A stretch of 63,881 bases of DNA, filler included. It is 3 parts of 3 records of this genome, joined end to end, with 100 filler letters (N's around TTAATTAATTAA, not from the genome) between each part and the next. Parts side by side here need not be neighbours in the genome. Positions count along the whole stretch, not along the records: positions 1 to 31,783 come from SRR2962707_3263; positions 31,884 to 58,332 come from SRR2962707_3269; 1 more part is not named here. One strand, 5' to 3'. A program made the translations under genes and the position numbers. How positions within the stretch are numbered: the first letter of the stretch is position 1; the number at the start of each line of letters is the position of its first letter. Shown piece by piece: positions 29,649 through 39,761 of this stretch. The notes under the pieces were generated by a model. The model worked only from the letters and a program-made list of their open reading frames with translations. It made no database searches and was not told where the DNA came from.

Positions 29649-30272
29649 ATGGCACGCTCGAAAAGCAGTAACCGGTGGCTCGAAGAGCACGTAAACGACC
29701 CCTTTGTAAAACAGGCGCAACAGGATGGCTATCGTTCCCGTGCCAGTTACAAACTGCTGGAAATCAACAACAAGGATCGGCTGATTAAACCCACGAACCT
29801 GGTCGTCGACCTGGGTTCGGCCCCGGGCGGCTGGTCCCAGGTGGCGGCGAAACTGGTGGGCCACAAGGGCCGTGTGGTGGCGTCTGACATTTTGCCGATG
29901 GATCCGATTGCCGGCGTCGAATTCATCCAGGGCGACTTCACCGAACAGGAGGTCTTCGACCAGATCATGGCGATACTGGACGGGGCCCGTGCTGACGTCG
30001 TGATCTCGGATATGGCCCCCAACATCAGTGGCGTAAACGCCGCAGACCAGGCAGCCTCCATGTATCTGGTGGAACTGGCCCTGGATATGGCCTGCCAGGT
30101 GCTCAAACCCAAAGGCAGTTTTGTTGCCAAGGTGTTCCATGGTGAAGGCTATGATGAGTATGTGAAAACCGTGCGCGAGTCCTTCGATAAGGTGGTGATT
30201 CGCAAGCCGGATTCGTCCCGGGCCAGGTCCCGGGAGGTGTATCTGGTGGCCAAGGGTTTCCGCGTAGCCTGA
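29649..30272 (+). CDS. rlmE: 23S rRNA Um2552 methyltransferase
   Basis: [28 protein letters not shown] and SRARSREVY motifs. Confidence 0.95.
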   Translation: MARSKSSNRWLEEHVNDPFVKQAQQDGYRSRASYKLLEINNKDRLIKPTNLVVDLGSAPGGWSQVAAKLVGHKGRVVASDILPMDPIAGVEFIQGDFTEQEVFDQIMAILDGARADVVISDMAPNISGVNAADQAASMYLVELALDMACQVLKPKGSFVAKVFHGEGYDEYVKTVRESFDKVVIRKPDSSRARSREVYLVAKGFRVA

Positions 30273-30679
30273 TTTTAAGGTCGAGCTGCGACGCTCTGCG
30301 GCCAAACTGCTTTTTTTGGTGCGAGTGGCTACATATTTTTTACTGCTGTCGAGCAGAATTTCCGAAATCGTCTATTCTTTAACCTGTGAGGAAAGGGACT
30401 GTTCTCGCAGGCTGCCTGATATTGCCACCTCCCTGAATATCCTTTTCTTTGAAACCACACCACGATCAAAAGGTATGGAGCGCCTGAGAGAGGCCTCTGG
30501 ATTTGCTTGTTAGTCTGAATCACAAAAAAATTCTTTCTTATTTGTGATTTGGCGTTAACGCTCAACGCCCTTTGGGGCTTGTGGCTGTTCGTTACAAAAC
30601 AAACTGGTACTGGGCAACGGGACAGCGATAATCGCCGCCCCACCGACAACAACCGGCCAGGCTGAAAAGGACGAACCTC

Positions 30680-31783
30680 GTGCGAAAGAATCTACCCATA
30701 ACCGGGAACGAAAGAACGTTTCCGGAATCGCAAAAACTGATTTCCTCAACGGATCTGCGGGGAAAGATCTTGCACTGTAACGACGCTTTCGTGGCGGTCA
30801 GCGGTTTTTCCCGGGATGAGTTGATCGGGCAACCGCACAATATCGTTCGTCATCCGGATATGCCTCCGAAAGCCTATGAGAACATGTGGTCTCACCTTAA
30901 GGCCGGCCGACCCTGGATGGGCCTGGTGAAAAACCGCTGCAAGAACGGCGACTTCTATTGGGTCAGCGCTTACGTCACACCGGTGACCGCAAATGGCGAG
31001 GTTGTCGGTTATGAATCCGTTCGCTCTTGTCCGGGCCGGGAGGATGTGGCCAGGGCTGAGAGGCTCTACAAGTCGATTCGGGAAGGGAAAACCGGGATCC
31101 CGTTCTGGCATCGGGTGGCGCCAAGCACCTGGTGCCTTTTGGGATTGTTGATGGCAGCCGGGGGATTATTCCTCTCGGGCCAACAAGTGTTGTCAGAGCT
31201 TTTGCTGTCGGTGGGTGTGCTCGTCTATGCGATCTGGATGAATATAGCGAGGCACCGGTTGATTCAGTCGGTTACCGATATGATGGGTAATACCTTTACA
31301 GACAACCTGGCAGCGCGAAGCTACACCGATGATGACCTGCAGTTAGGGCGCATCAAGGTGGCGGTTAGAGCGCAACAAGCCCACCTTGATGCCGTATTGA
31401 CCCGAATTGAAGATTCTGCCGCCGGTGTAAAGACTGCCGCAGTCAGAGGTCTGGAATACTCCTCTCAGGCCCAGGACACCATGCGGAAACAGCAGGCCGA
31501 GACCGAGCAGGTGGCTGCTGCAGTTCATGAAATGTCGCAGACCATCGGCGAAGTCTCCGAAAACGTGCAGCGAACCGCCGACAAAGCCGATGGGGCCAGG
31601 GTATTGGCGGAACAGGGCAGCCAGGTTGTCGCCTCAACCAGGCAGTCTATTGAAGAACTGAAAACCACCGTTCATGGCATCAGTCGCTCCGTCGGTGAGT
31701 TGGCGACGGAGAGTGAAAAGATTGCAGACGTGGCGAAGATCATTGAAGACATCGCCGAGCAGACCAACCTGCTGGCTCTGAAC
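30680..31783 (+). CDS. Aer-like PAS-domain methyl-accepting chemotaxis protein, truncated at the contig end
   Basis: PHNIVRHPDMP, W.GLVKNRCKNGDFYWV and IAEQTNLLALN motifs. Confidence 0.9.
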
Positions 31784-31883
31784 NNNNNNNNNNNNNNNNN
31801 NNNNNNNNNNNNNNNNNNNNNNNNNNNTTAATTAATTAANNNNNNNNNNNNNNNNNNNNNNNNNNNNNNNNNNNNNNNNNNNN
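31784..31883. other. Artificial contig linker
   Basis: N44-TTAATTAATTAA-N44 (stops in all frames); genes truncated on both sides. Confidence 0.98.
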
Positions 31884-33048
31884 CCAGGTCATCATGCTGT
31901 CGCTCAACATGGTCATCATCGCCTCGATGATTGGCGCCGGCGGCTTGGGCTTCGATGTGCTGGCCGCCCTGCGAAGGCTCGATTTCGGCGCGGGCCTGGA
32001 AGCGGGTTTCGCCATCGTAGCGCTGGCCATCGCCATGGACCGGTTGAGCCAGGCCGCTGCCGAAAAACTCTCAGCCCCATCGCCCGAGCCACAGACGTCT
32101 GGCCTTGTCGCCCGGCACCCCTATCTCGTGGCCGCAGTCCTCCTCGTCATTGTCACCACGGCGCTGGGATATCTGATCCCCGGTCTCCGCACCTATCCCG
32201 AGGCGCTGCAACTGTCGACCGGCACCTTCTGGTCGGAGGTCGTGGCCTGGATCAACATCAACTATTTCGACACGCTTGAAGCCATCAAGAATGCCATGCT
32301 GCTCAATGTGCTGATCCCGTTCAAGCGCTTCCTTGCCGATCTGCCCTGGCTTGGCGTGACGGCATTACTGGGCTTTGCCGGCTACCGGCTTGGCGGCTGG
32401 CGGCTGGGCCTGCTGACCCTCTGTCTTCCGCTCTTCATCGCCGTCACCGGCCAGTGGGAAAAGGCGATGATCACCGTCTATCTGTGCGGCATCTCGGCCG
32501 TGCTCGCCTCGCTGATCGGCATCCCCATCGGAATTTTTGCCGCCACCCGCGACCGGGTCTGGTCCTGGGTTCAGGTTGCCATCGACACACTGCAGACTTT
32601 GCCAAGTTTCGTCTATCTGATGCCAGCCGTGATGCTGTTCCGGGTTGGTGATTTCACCGCCATGATTGCCGTCGTCGCCTTCGCCATTGCCCCTGCCATC
32701 CGCTACACCGCGCTCGGCATCCGCAAAGTCGATCCCAAACTGATCGAGGCCAGCCGCGCCATGGGTTGCACCGACTGGCAGATCCTCACCCGCGTCCGCC
32801 TCAAGCTGGCGCTGCCCGAGATCCTGCTCGGGCTCAACCAGACCATCATGTTCGCCCTGTCGATGCTGGTCATCACCGCCCTCGTCGGCACCCGCGATCT
32901 TGGCCAGGAAGTCTATATCGCGCTGACCAAGGCCGACACCGGACGCGGCCTGGTGGCGGGCTTATCGATCGCCGCCATCGCCATCATTGCCGACAGGCTG
33001 ATCTCGTCCGGTGCCAGCCGCGCCCGCCATCGCCTTGGTCTGGAGTAA
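31884..33048 (+). CDS. Glycine betaine/proline-type ABC permease (ProW-like, duplicated TM domain), 5' truncated
   Basis: QVIMLSLNMVIIASMIGAGGLG followed by a second DTLQTLPSFVYL...EASRAMG...NQTIMFALSM unit. Confidence 0.88.
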
Positions 33049-33051
33049 GCC

Positions 33052-33948
33052 ATGACTGAACTTGCGTCCCTTGATCACATCCGCGCCCTCCCCTGCTTCT
33101 CAGGCACGATCGACATCGAGCCGCTGACCGGTGGGTTGAGCAACGAAAGCTGGCTGGTTTCTGACGCCACCGGCCGCCACGTTGTCCGGCTTGGGCGCGA
33201 TTTCCCGTTTCACCACGTCGACCGCAAGCGCGAGATCATGACCGCCTGCGCTGCGCATGAGGCCGGCTTCGCACCGCGGGTCGAGTATTTTGAACCCGGC
33301 ATCATGGTCTCGGAATTTCTCGATGCGAAAACCTTCACGCCGGCCGATGTCCGCGCCAACCCCGAACGCATCGGCCGCCTCATCCGCGATTTCCACACCA
33401 CCATGCCGCGCCATGTCGAGGGCGCCGGTTTCATGTTCTGGGTGTTCCATGTCATCCGTGATTACGCCCGCACGCTACAGGCCGGTAGCTCGCGGATGGC
33501 TGGCAAATTGCCGGCCTGGCTTGAGCTTTCCGAAGGTCTGGAAGCAGCTCAACATCCCTTGCCTATCATCTTCGGACACAACGACCTGCTGCCCGCCAAT
33601 TTCCTCGATGACGGCGAGAAACTCTGGCTGATCGATTTCGAATATGCCGGATTCTCCACCGCCATGTTCGACATCGCCGGTGCCGCGTCCAATGCCGAAA
33701 TGAACGATGACGAAGCCGCCACTCTGCTCGAGGCAGCACTCGGCGCTGCACCCGACGCCGCTCTCACCCGCTCCTTTCACGCCATGCAATGCGCATCACT
33801 GCTACGCGAAACGCTCTGGAGCCTGGTCTCCGAGCTGCATCTCAATGCGCCGGGCGCCGACTATCAGGCCTACACCGCTGAAAATATCGAGCGTCTGGAT
33901 GCAGCGCTTGACCAGTACCATTCGACCTACGGAAAGACATCGCAATGA
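33052..33948 (+). CDS. Choline/ethanolamine kinase-like phosphotransferase
   Basis: GGLSNES, HNDLLPANF and LIDFEYAG motifs. Confidence 0.85.
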   Translation: MTELASLDHIRALPCFSGTIDIEPLTGGLSNESWLVSDATGRHVVRLGRDFPFHHVDRKREIMTACAAHEAGFAPRVEYFEPGIMVSEFLDAKTFTPADVRANPERIGRLIRDFHTTMPRHVEGAGFMFWVFHVIRDYARTLQAGSSRMAGKLPAWLELSEGLEAAQHPLPIIFGHNDLLPANFLDDGEKLWLIDFEYAGFSTAMFDIAGAASNAEMNDDEAATLLEAALGAAPDAALTRSFHAMQCASLLRETLWSLVSELHLNAPGADYQAYTAENIERLDAALDQYHSTYGKTSQ

Positions 33949-36386
33949 CACTTCCTGACAGAGCACAAATCGTCGTTATAGGTGGCGGTATCATCGGTTG
34001 CTCCACGGCCTACCATCTGGCGCGCGACCACAAGGCCGATGTCATTCTGCTTGAGCAGGGCCAGTTGACCTCGGGCTCGACCTGGCACGCGGCGGGTCTT
34101 GTCGGTCAGTTGCGATCGTCGGCCTCGATCACCAAGGTGCTTAAATATTCCGTTGATCTCTATAAACGGCTTGATCAGGAGACCGGGCTCGAAACCGGCT
34201 GGAAAATGTCCGGCTGCCTGCGCCTTGCAACCAATCAGGACCGCTGGATCGAGTATCGGCGCCTCGCCACCACAGCGCAGAGCTTCGGCATGGACATGCA
34301 GTTGCTCTCGCCACAAGAGGCAAAAGCCAAGTTCCCGCTGATGGAGGTCGACGATCTCGTCGGCGCCAGCTGGCTGCCCACCGACGGTCAGGCCAGCCCG
34401 TCCGATATCACCCAGTCGCTGGCCAAGGGCGCGCGCATGCATGGCGCGAAGATTTTCGAGAATGTGCGGGTCACCGGCTTCGACATGAAGGATGGCCGCA
34501 TTCTTGCGGTCAAGACCAACAAGGGCGACATCGCCTGCGACAAGGTGGTCAATTGCGCCGGCCAATGGGCGCGCCAGATCGGGGTCATGGCCGGCATCAA
34601 TGTGCCGCTGCAGCCGGTCAAGCATCAATATGTCATCACCGAAAAGATCGACGGCCTTTCAAGCGACGCGCCGACCATTCGCGATCCCGACCGCCGCACC
34701 TATTTCAAAGAAGAAGTCGGCGGCCTGTCCTTCGGCGGCTATGAGCCGAACCCGCAGGGCTGGACCACCGGCGACGTGCCCAATGAGTTCGAATTCCAGC
34801 TGTTCGACGATGATTACGATCATTTCGAGCAACACATGATGCAGGCCATCGAGCGCGTTCCGGCGCTGGGCAATGTCGGCGTCAGGCAGATGATCAACGG
34901 CCCGGAAAGCTTCACCCCGGATGGCAACTTCATCCTCGGTCCGGCGCCCGAGTGTGTGAACATGTTTGTCGGCGCCGGTTTCAACGCCTTCGGCATTGCC
35001 TCGGGCGGCGGCGCGGGCTGGGTGCTCGCCCAATGGGTGATTGACGGCGAAGCACCGCTGGATCTCTGGGTGGTCGATATCAGACGCTTCTCCGAGATGC
35101 ACAAGGACCGGCAGTGGGTCAACGACCGAACACTGGAAGCCTATGGCAAGCACTACGCCATCGGCTTTCCCCATGTCGAATACGAGTCCGGCCGTCCCCG
35201 CATTGTCTCCCCGCTCTATGACCGGCTCAAGGCCCACCGCGCCGTCTTCGGCTCCAAACTTGGCTGGGAACGCCCAAACTGGTTTGCCCCCAAAGGTATG
35301 GAAGCTGCCGATATCCCGACGATGGGACGTCAGAACTGGTTTGACGCGGTCGGCGAAGAACACTCACATGTCCGTGAGAAGGTCGGGGTTTTCGACCAGT
35401 CTTCCTTCGCCAAATACGAGGTCACCGGATCTGGTGCCCTCGCAGCACTCAGCCACATCTGCGCCAATGACGTGACCAAGCCGGTCGGTCGCCTGACCTA
35501 CACGCAACTGCTCAACACCCGGGGTGGCATCGAGGCCGATCTCACCGTGGCTCGGCTCGCCGATGATAAATTCTACGTCGTCACCGGCACCGGCTTCCGC
35601 ACCCACGATCTGGCCTGGATCCGCGAACATATACCAGACGGCGCGGATGTCCGGATCGAAGACATCACGGAAGCCTATGGCACCCTGTCGCTGATGGGCC
35701 CCCATGCCCGTGACGTCTTGGAAAAGGTCACCGCCGCAGATGTCTCCAACGAAGCCTTCCCCTTCGGCCATGTCCGCGAAATTGAGATCGTGGGCCACAC
35801 CGTGCGGGCACTGCGCGTCACCTATGTTGGCGAGTTGGGCTGGGAACTCCACATCCCGATTGCAGCGATCGGCGAGGTCTTCGATGCCTTGATGGAAGCC
35901 GGCAAGACCTGGGACATCCGTCCCATCGGCTACCGCGCACTGGAATCGCTGCGCCTAGAAAAGGGCTATCGCGCCTGGGGCTCGGATATCACTCCAAACG
36001 ACACGCCGCAGGAGGCCGGTCTCGGCTGGGCGGTGCGGAAAAACTCCAACACCGGCTTCATCGGCGAAGCAGCCCTAAAGGCAGTCGCCGACCAGCCCCT
36101 GACCAAGCGCTTCGCAGGCTTTGTCATTGATGATCCCGACGCTGTCCTGGTAGGGCGCGAAACCATTTTGCGCAACGGCAAGCCGGTCGGCTACCTGACA
36201 TCGGGTGGCTACGGCTACACCATCGGCAAGAGCATCGGCTATGGCTATGTGCGAAATGAAGATGGCGTGTCGAAAGAATTCCTGGAAGACGGAAACTATG
36301 AACTGGTCATCGCACTCGACCGGGTGCCGGCGAGAATCGGCCTGAAGCCATTTTTCGATCCGACCAACGCCAAGGTCAAAGCCTGA
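33945..36386 (+). CDS. GcvT-family FAD-dependent dehydrogenase (sarcosine/dimethylglycine dehydrogenase-like)
   Basis: GGGIIG, SGSTWHAAGLV, NGPESFTPDG, GWERPNWF and SLRLEKGYR motifs; 813 aa. Confidence 0.9.
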   Translation: MTLPDRAQIVVIGGGIIGCSTAYHLARDHKADVILLEQGQLTSGSTWHAAGLVGQLRSSASITKVLKYSVDLYKRLDQETGLETGWKMSGCLRLATNQDRWIEYRRLATTAQSFGMDMQLLSPQEAKAKFPLMEVDDLVGASWLPTDGQASPSDITQSLAKGARMHGAKIFENVRVTGFDMKDGRILAVKTNKGDIACDKVVNCAGQWARQIGVMAGINVPLQPVKHQYVITEKIDGLSSDAPTIRDPDRRTYFKEEVGGLSFGGYEPNPQGWTTGDVPNEFEFQLFDDDYDHFEQHMMQAIERVPALGNVGVRQMINGPESFTPDGNFILGPAPECVNMFVGAGFNAFGIASGGGAGWVLAQWVIDGEAPLDLWVVDIRRFSEMHKDRQWVNDRTLEAYGKHYAIGFPHVEYESGRPRIVSPLYDRLKAHRAVFGSKLGWERPNWFAPKGMEAADIPTMGRQNWFDAVGEEHSHVREKVGVFDQSSFAKYEVTGSGALAALSHICANDVTKPVGRLTYTQLLNTRGGIEADLTVARLADDKFYVVTGTGFRTHDLAWIREHIPDGADVRIEDITEAYGTLSLMGPHARDVLEKVTAADVSNEAFPFGHVREIEIVGHTVRALRVTYVGELGWELHIPIAAIGEVFDALMEAGKTWDIRPIGYRALESLRLEKGYRAWGSDITPNDTPQEAGLGWAVRKNSNTGFIGEAALKAVADQPLTKRFAGFVIDDPDAVLVGRETILRNGKPVGYLTSGGYGYTIGKSIGYGYVRNEDGVSKEFLEDGNYELVIALDRVPARIGLKPFFDPTNAKVKA

Positions 36387-36393
36387 AGCGGCT

Positions 36394-37026
36394 TCAGTTC
36401 ACCTTGAGCGCAATGCAACGGCTCGGCGTGGTTCCTTCCTCGCCGGGCATCGACACGTAAGGCCCGGTATCATCAACCAGCGTGAGAACACCTGCAGCTT
36501 CGAGCTCGGCGATGCGTGCGCTGAAGCTTGCCTGCCACAGCACGTCCTTGACTGTCAGCACAATCGTGCCGCCCGGCGCACAGATGCGCAGCAGGTCATC
36601 AAGCCCCTCGACCCCGACATGGCCCGAAGTAAACACACCGGCTGAAATGATTGCCGCGAACTGATCGTCACTGAAAGGAAGCGTGCTGCCGAGTGCAGCC
36701 TTGTGCAGCCCTTTGTAGACGCCTTTGCGCTCCGCCACGGCCAGCATGCCGGCGGAAATGTCGAGCGCATCGACATCACTGTAGCCGGTGATCGCCAGCC
36801 ATTCGCCGATCAGACCCGTGCCTGCACCAGCGTCAAGCAACGGACCTGCGCCCTTGGGCACATGCCGGGCAAGGATCGCCAGCGAAATGGCCGGGTGGCG
36901 GTATCCGGCAAGCGACATGTCGTCGTCATATTTCTCGGCCCAGGAATCATAGACCCGCGCCACATCGTCGGTGCTTTCGGCCTTGTACACAGCGCCAAGC
37001 CGGGCCGTCTTGTCTTCAGCATTCAT
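36394..37026 (-). CDS. Class I SAM-dependent methyltransferase
   Basis: YDSWAEKYD, LDAGAGTGLIG, DISAGML and AGVFTSGH motifs. Confidence 0.85.
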   Translation of the reverse strand: MNAEDKTARLGAVYKAESTDDVARVYDSWAEKYDDDMSLAGYRHPAISLAILARHVPKGAGPLLDAGAGTGLIGEWLAITGYSDVDALDISAGMLAVAERKGVYKGLHKAALGSTLPFSDDQFAAIISAGVFTSGHVGVEGLDDLLRICAPGGTIVLTVKDVLWQASFSARIAELEAAGVLTLVDDTGPYVSMPGEEGTTPSRCIALKVN

Positions 37027-37126
37027 GTCCAGCTCCGCTGTTGATCCGCATCTCGTTACCATAGCCATTTCAACGACTTTGTGGAACTGTGTCAGCACTG
37101 GAAAACGAAAGAGGAAGCGCTCCGCC

Positions 37127-38038
37127 ATGACAGATGAAACAGAAAACCAGCTGCGCGCCAGTCTCAAGACCATTCCCTCGCTTGCCGGCCACACCGGCCC
37201 TGTCGAACGGCTGGGCGGCCTGACCAATCTGGTCTTCCGCGTCGGCGATGCCTGTGTCCGCCTCCCCGGCGCAGGCACCGAGGAATACATCAACCGGGCG
37301 CATGAGGCTGTTGCCGCCCGTGCCGCCGCAGATGCCGGTGTCAGCCCTGAAGTCATCCACGCAGATCCTCAAACCGGGATCATGGCGACCCGTTTTGTGG
37401 AAGGCGCTGCCACCATGACGCCAGTCGGGTTTCGCGCCGACATCGGTGCCGTTCGGCGCGCCGGCGAGGCCTTTCGCCAACTCCATAGATCAGGCGCCAG
37501 GTTCCCCTTCACCTTCGAGCTTTTCGCCATGATCGACGAATACCTCGCGATTCTGTCGACCAAGGATGTCGCCCTGCCCGATGGCTACCATGATGTGGTC
37601 CGCGAGGCCGAGGCGGTCCGCACGGCACTGGCAAGGAACCCGGCCCAACTGGTTGCCTGTCATTGTGATCCGCTGTGCGAGAACTTTCTCGATACCGGCA
37701 GCCGCATCTTCATTGTCGACTGGGAATATTCCGGCATGAACGACCCGATGTGGGACTTGGGCGACCTGTCAGTCGAAGGCGAATTCGATGCCGCTCAGGA
37801 TCAGGCATTGCTCGAAGCCTATTTCGGCGGAGAGCCGGATGCCGCGGACCGTGCGCGCATGATCATCTACAAGGCGATGTGTGACCTGCTCTGGACCCTC
37901 TGGGGCCTGATACAGCTTGCCAACAACAACCCGGCAGACGATTTCCGTGCCTATGCCGATGGCAGATTCGACCGTTGCAGGAAGCTGATGGCAAGCAACG
38001 AGTTCTCAGATAGCCTGAAGACCCTTCAAACAGCTTGA
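37127..38038 (+). CDS. Second choline/ethanolamine kinase-like protein
   Basis: LGGLTN, HCDPLCENF and VDWEYSGMNDP motifs. Confidence 0.85.
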   Translation: MTDETENQLRASLKTIPSLAGHTGPVERLGGLTNLVFRVGDACVRLPGAGTEEYINRAHEAVAARAAADAGVSPEVIHADPQTGIMATRFVEGAATMTPVGFRADIGAVRRAGEAFRQLHRSGARFPFTFELFAMIDEYLAILSTKDVALPDGYHDVVREAEAVRTALARNPAQLVACHCDPLCENFLDTGSRIFIVDWEYSGMNDPMWDLGDLSVEGEFDAAQDQALLEAYFGGEPDAADRARMIIYKAMCDLLWTLWGLIQLANNNPADDFRAYADGRFDRCRKLMASNEFSDSLKTLQTA

Positions 38039-38104
38039 GCGGGCGTCCCACGGCAAGCTTTCGGACGCGAGAACTCCCAAGCCACCTTTCACATGGTCAC
38101 ACCG

Positions 38105-38809
38105 ATGCGCATCCTCGTCATTCAGCATTCCGACAAAGAGCATGCCGGCGCATTCAGGCCGCTGCTTGAGCGCGACGGCCACGCGCTCGTTACCTGCGTG
38201 GCGCCGCAAATGATCGGCGAGGTCGATCTGGCCGATATCGACGGGGTATGGGTGCTCGGCGGGCCGATGCAGGTCTGGGAGGCGGAGAAATTACCATGGC
38301 TGACCAGGGAAATCGAAGTGATCCGCGAGGCCGTTCTGGAGCGTGAGCTTCCCTATTTCGGTATCTGTCTCGGCCATCAGCTGCTGGCGCATGTGCTGGG
38401 CGGGCAGATCAGTCTCGCAACTCAATCAGAGGTCGGGCTGTTGCATGTCACCAAGCATAAAAACCCGCCGATGTTTGACGGGATGCTCGATCAGTTCCCT
38501 TGTTTCCAATGGCACAGCGCTGAAGTAAGCCGCCTGCCCGAGGGTGCAGAGATCCTGGCCTCGTCCAGCCGGTGCGATGTTCAGGCCATGAGCTGGGGCC
38601 GGACGGCCCATTCGGTACAGTTCCACGCCGAACTCGATGCCACCACTCTTGCTGACTGGTATGAGATAGAGGGCTGCCAAGAGATGCTGCGCAATGAGAT
38701 TGGACCCGATGCGGACCTTGTTTTTGATGCCCTGTCCGCAGCGGAAGCGGATCTCGCCCGAATGAGACAGAGCCTCTATCGGCACTGGTTTGCCAGCTTC
38801 CCGAAGTAA
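38105..38809 (+). CDS. Type 1 glutamine amidotransferase-like protein
   Basis: GICLGHQLLA nucleophile elbow and QFHAE. Confidence 0.85.
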   Translation: MRILVIQHSDKEHAGAFRPLLERDGHALVTCVAPQMIGEVDLADIDGVWVLGGPMQVWEAEKLPWLTREIEVIREAVLERELPYFGICLGHQLLAHVLGGQISLATQSEVGLLHVTKHKNPPMFDGMLDQFPCFQWHSAEVSRLPEGAEILASSSRCDVQAMSWGRTAHSVQFHAELDATTLADWYEIEGCQEMLRNEIGPDADLVFDALSAAEADLARMRQSLYRHWFASFPK

Positions 38810-38902
38810 GATCGTTTCAGCGGCTACGCCCTCGGCATAACCGGTTTGAGCATGCCCCGGGCGGCAGCACCGTGCGGAAAATCCAGGTCAAGTCACATTG
38901 CG

Positions 38903-38927
38903 GGAACTTTACCGGTGGATCCACGTT
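38903..38927 (+). promoter_or_regulatory. EcfG (sigma-T/RpoE2) general-stress promoter
   Basis: GGAAC-N16-CGTT, an exact consensus match. Confidence 0.75.
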
Positions 38928-38984
38928 GTGAGGGCGTGGGGCCGACGCATGGTGCTGGCCTGAAAGGATCGAAGGAGATTTCAA

Positions 38985-39059
38985 ATGCACGGTATCATTT
39001 ATCTGGTCGGCCTCGTGGTCGTTGTCATGTTCATCCTGTCCCTGCTTGGTCTGCGGTAA
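38985..39059 (+). CDS. Small single-TM protein, 24 aa (MHGIIYLVGLVVVVMFILSLLGLR)
   Basis: AAGGAG RBS 7 nt before ATG; almost fully hydrophobic; stops 4 nt before the next ATG; below the ORF-track cutoff. Confidence 0.75.
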   Translation: MHGIIYLVGLVVVVMFILSLLGLR

Positions 39060-39063
39060 GAAC

Positions 39064-39675
39064 ATGGAACCGGCAGGCGTAAAAACTGCACTGGTTCATT
39101 CAGATAATCTGCCGCAAGGGCAGTCCTATCTCGAATGGGGTGCAGTATGGGGAGGTAGCGTCATCGCTATCGCCACATCCACCGTCCTTGGACAATTCGG
39201 CGGAACCGCCGGCCTGGCACTCGGAGATCCGATGCTGGCCAATGGCGAGCCTTCCTGGCAGGTACTCGTTGCAAGTCTGTGGCTTTTTCTGACAGCACTC
39301 GCAAGCTCCGCCGGTGGCGGCTACATCGCCGGGCGCATGCGCAGCCGCTGGGGTGACGCAGCCAAGAGCGAAGTCGAGTTTCGCGACGGCGTTCACGGCC
39401 TTTCGGTCTGGGCCGTATCGACCATTACGGTCGCCGCTGTCGCAGCCTTTGGCGCAGCTCTTGCGGGCATCGGTGTAGATGCCGGCACTGGTGAGGAAAT
39501 TCCCGCCAATGTCGTCGAATACACCCAGACCCTGACAGTCGTTTACGGCTTTGCCGCAGGCGCAGCCGCAGCCCTGGGTGCAGGCGCCGCATGGTGGTTT
39601 GCCAGCCTCGGCGGCAGCCACCGCGACGAAGGTACCGACGTCAATTTGCTGACACCGCGCTTCCTGCGCCGTTAA
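39064..39675 (+). CDS. Hypothetical membrane protein (about 4 TM)
   Basis: WGAVWGG, GGYIAGRMR and EVEFRDGVHGL..WA; Ala/Gly-rich hydrophobic helices. Confidence 0.75.
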   Translation: MEPAGVKTALVHSDNLPQGQSYLEWGAVWGGSVIAIATSTVLGQFGGTAGLALGDPMLANGEPSWQVLVASLWLFLTALASSAGGGYIAGRMRSRWGDAAKSEVEFRDGVHGLSVWAVSTITVAAVAAFGAALAGIGVDAGTGEEIPANVVEYTQTLTVVYGFAAGAAAALGAGAAWWFASLGGSHRDEGTDVNLLTPRFLRR

Positions 39676-39690
39676 GCTTACATTGAAACG

Positions 39691-39723
39691 AAGAAGGGGC
39701 GCCATAACCCGGCGCCCCTTCTT
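39691..39723. terminator. Bidirectional terminator between convergent genes
   Basis: AAGAAGGGGCGCC/GGCGCCCCTTCTT 13-bp stem. Confidence 0.8.
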
Positions 39724-39761
39724 TGCGTTCAGTCAAAGTAGACTGATGGTCTGTGGCAGTC

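Noticed and set aside
30273-30679. c-di-GMP riboswitch or CRP site ahead of the chemoreceptor
   Set aside because: No GGCAAAC...GAAA...GACGCAAAGC core, and the TCACA/TGTGA half-sites have the wrong orientation and spacing for CRP.
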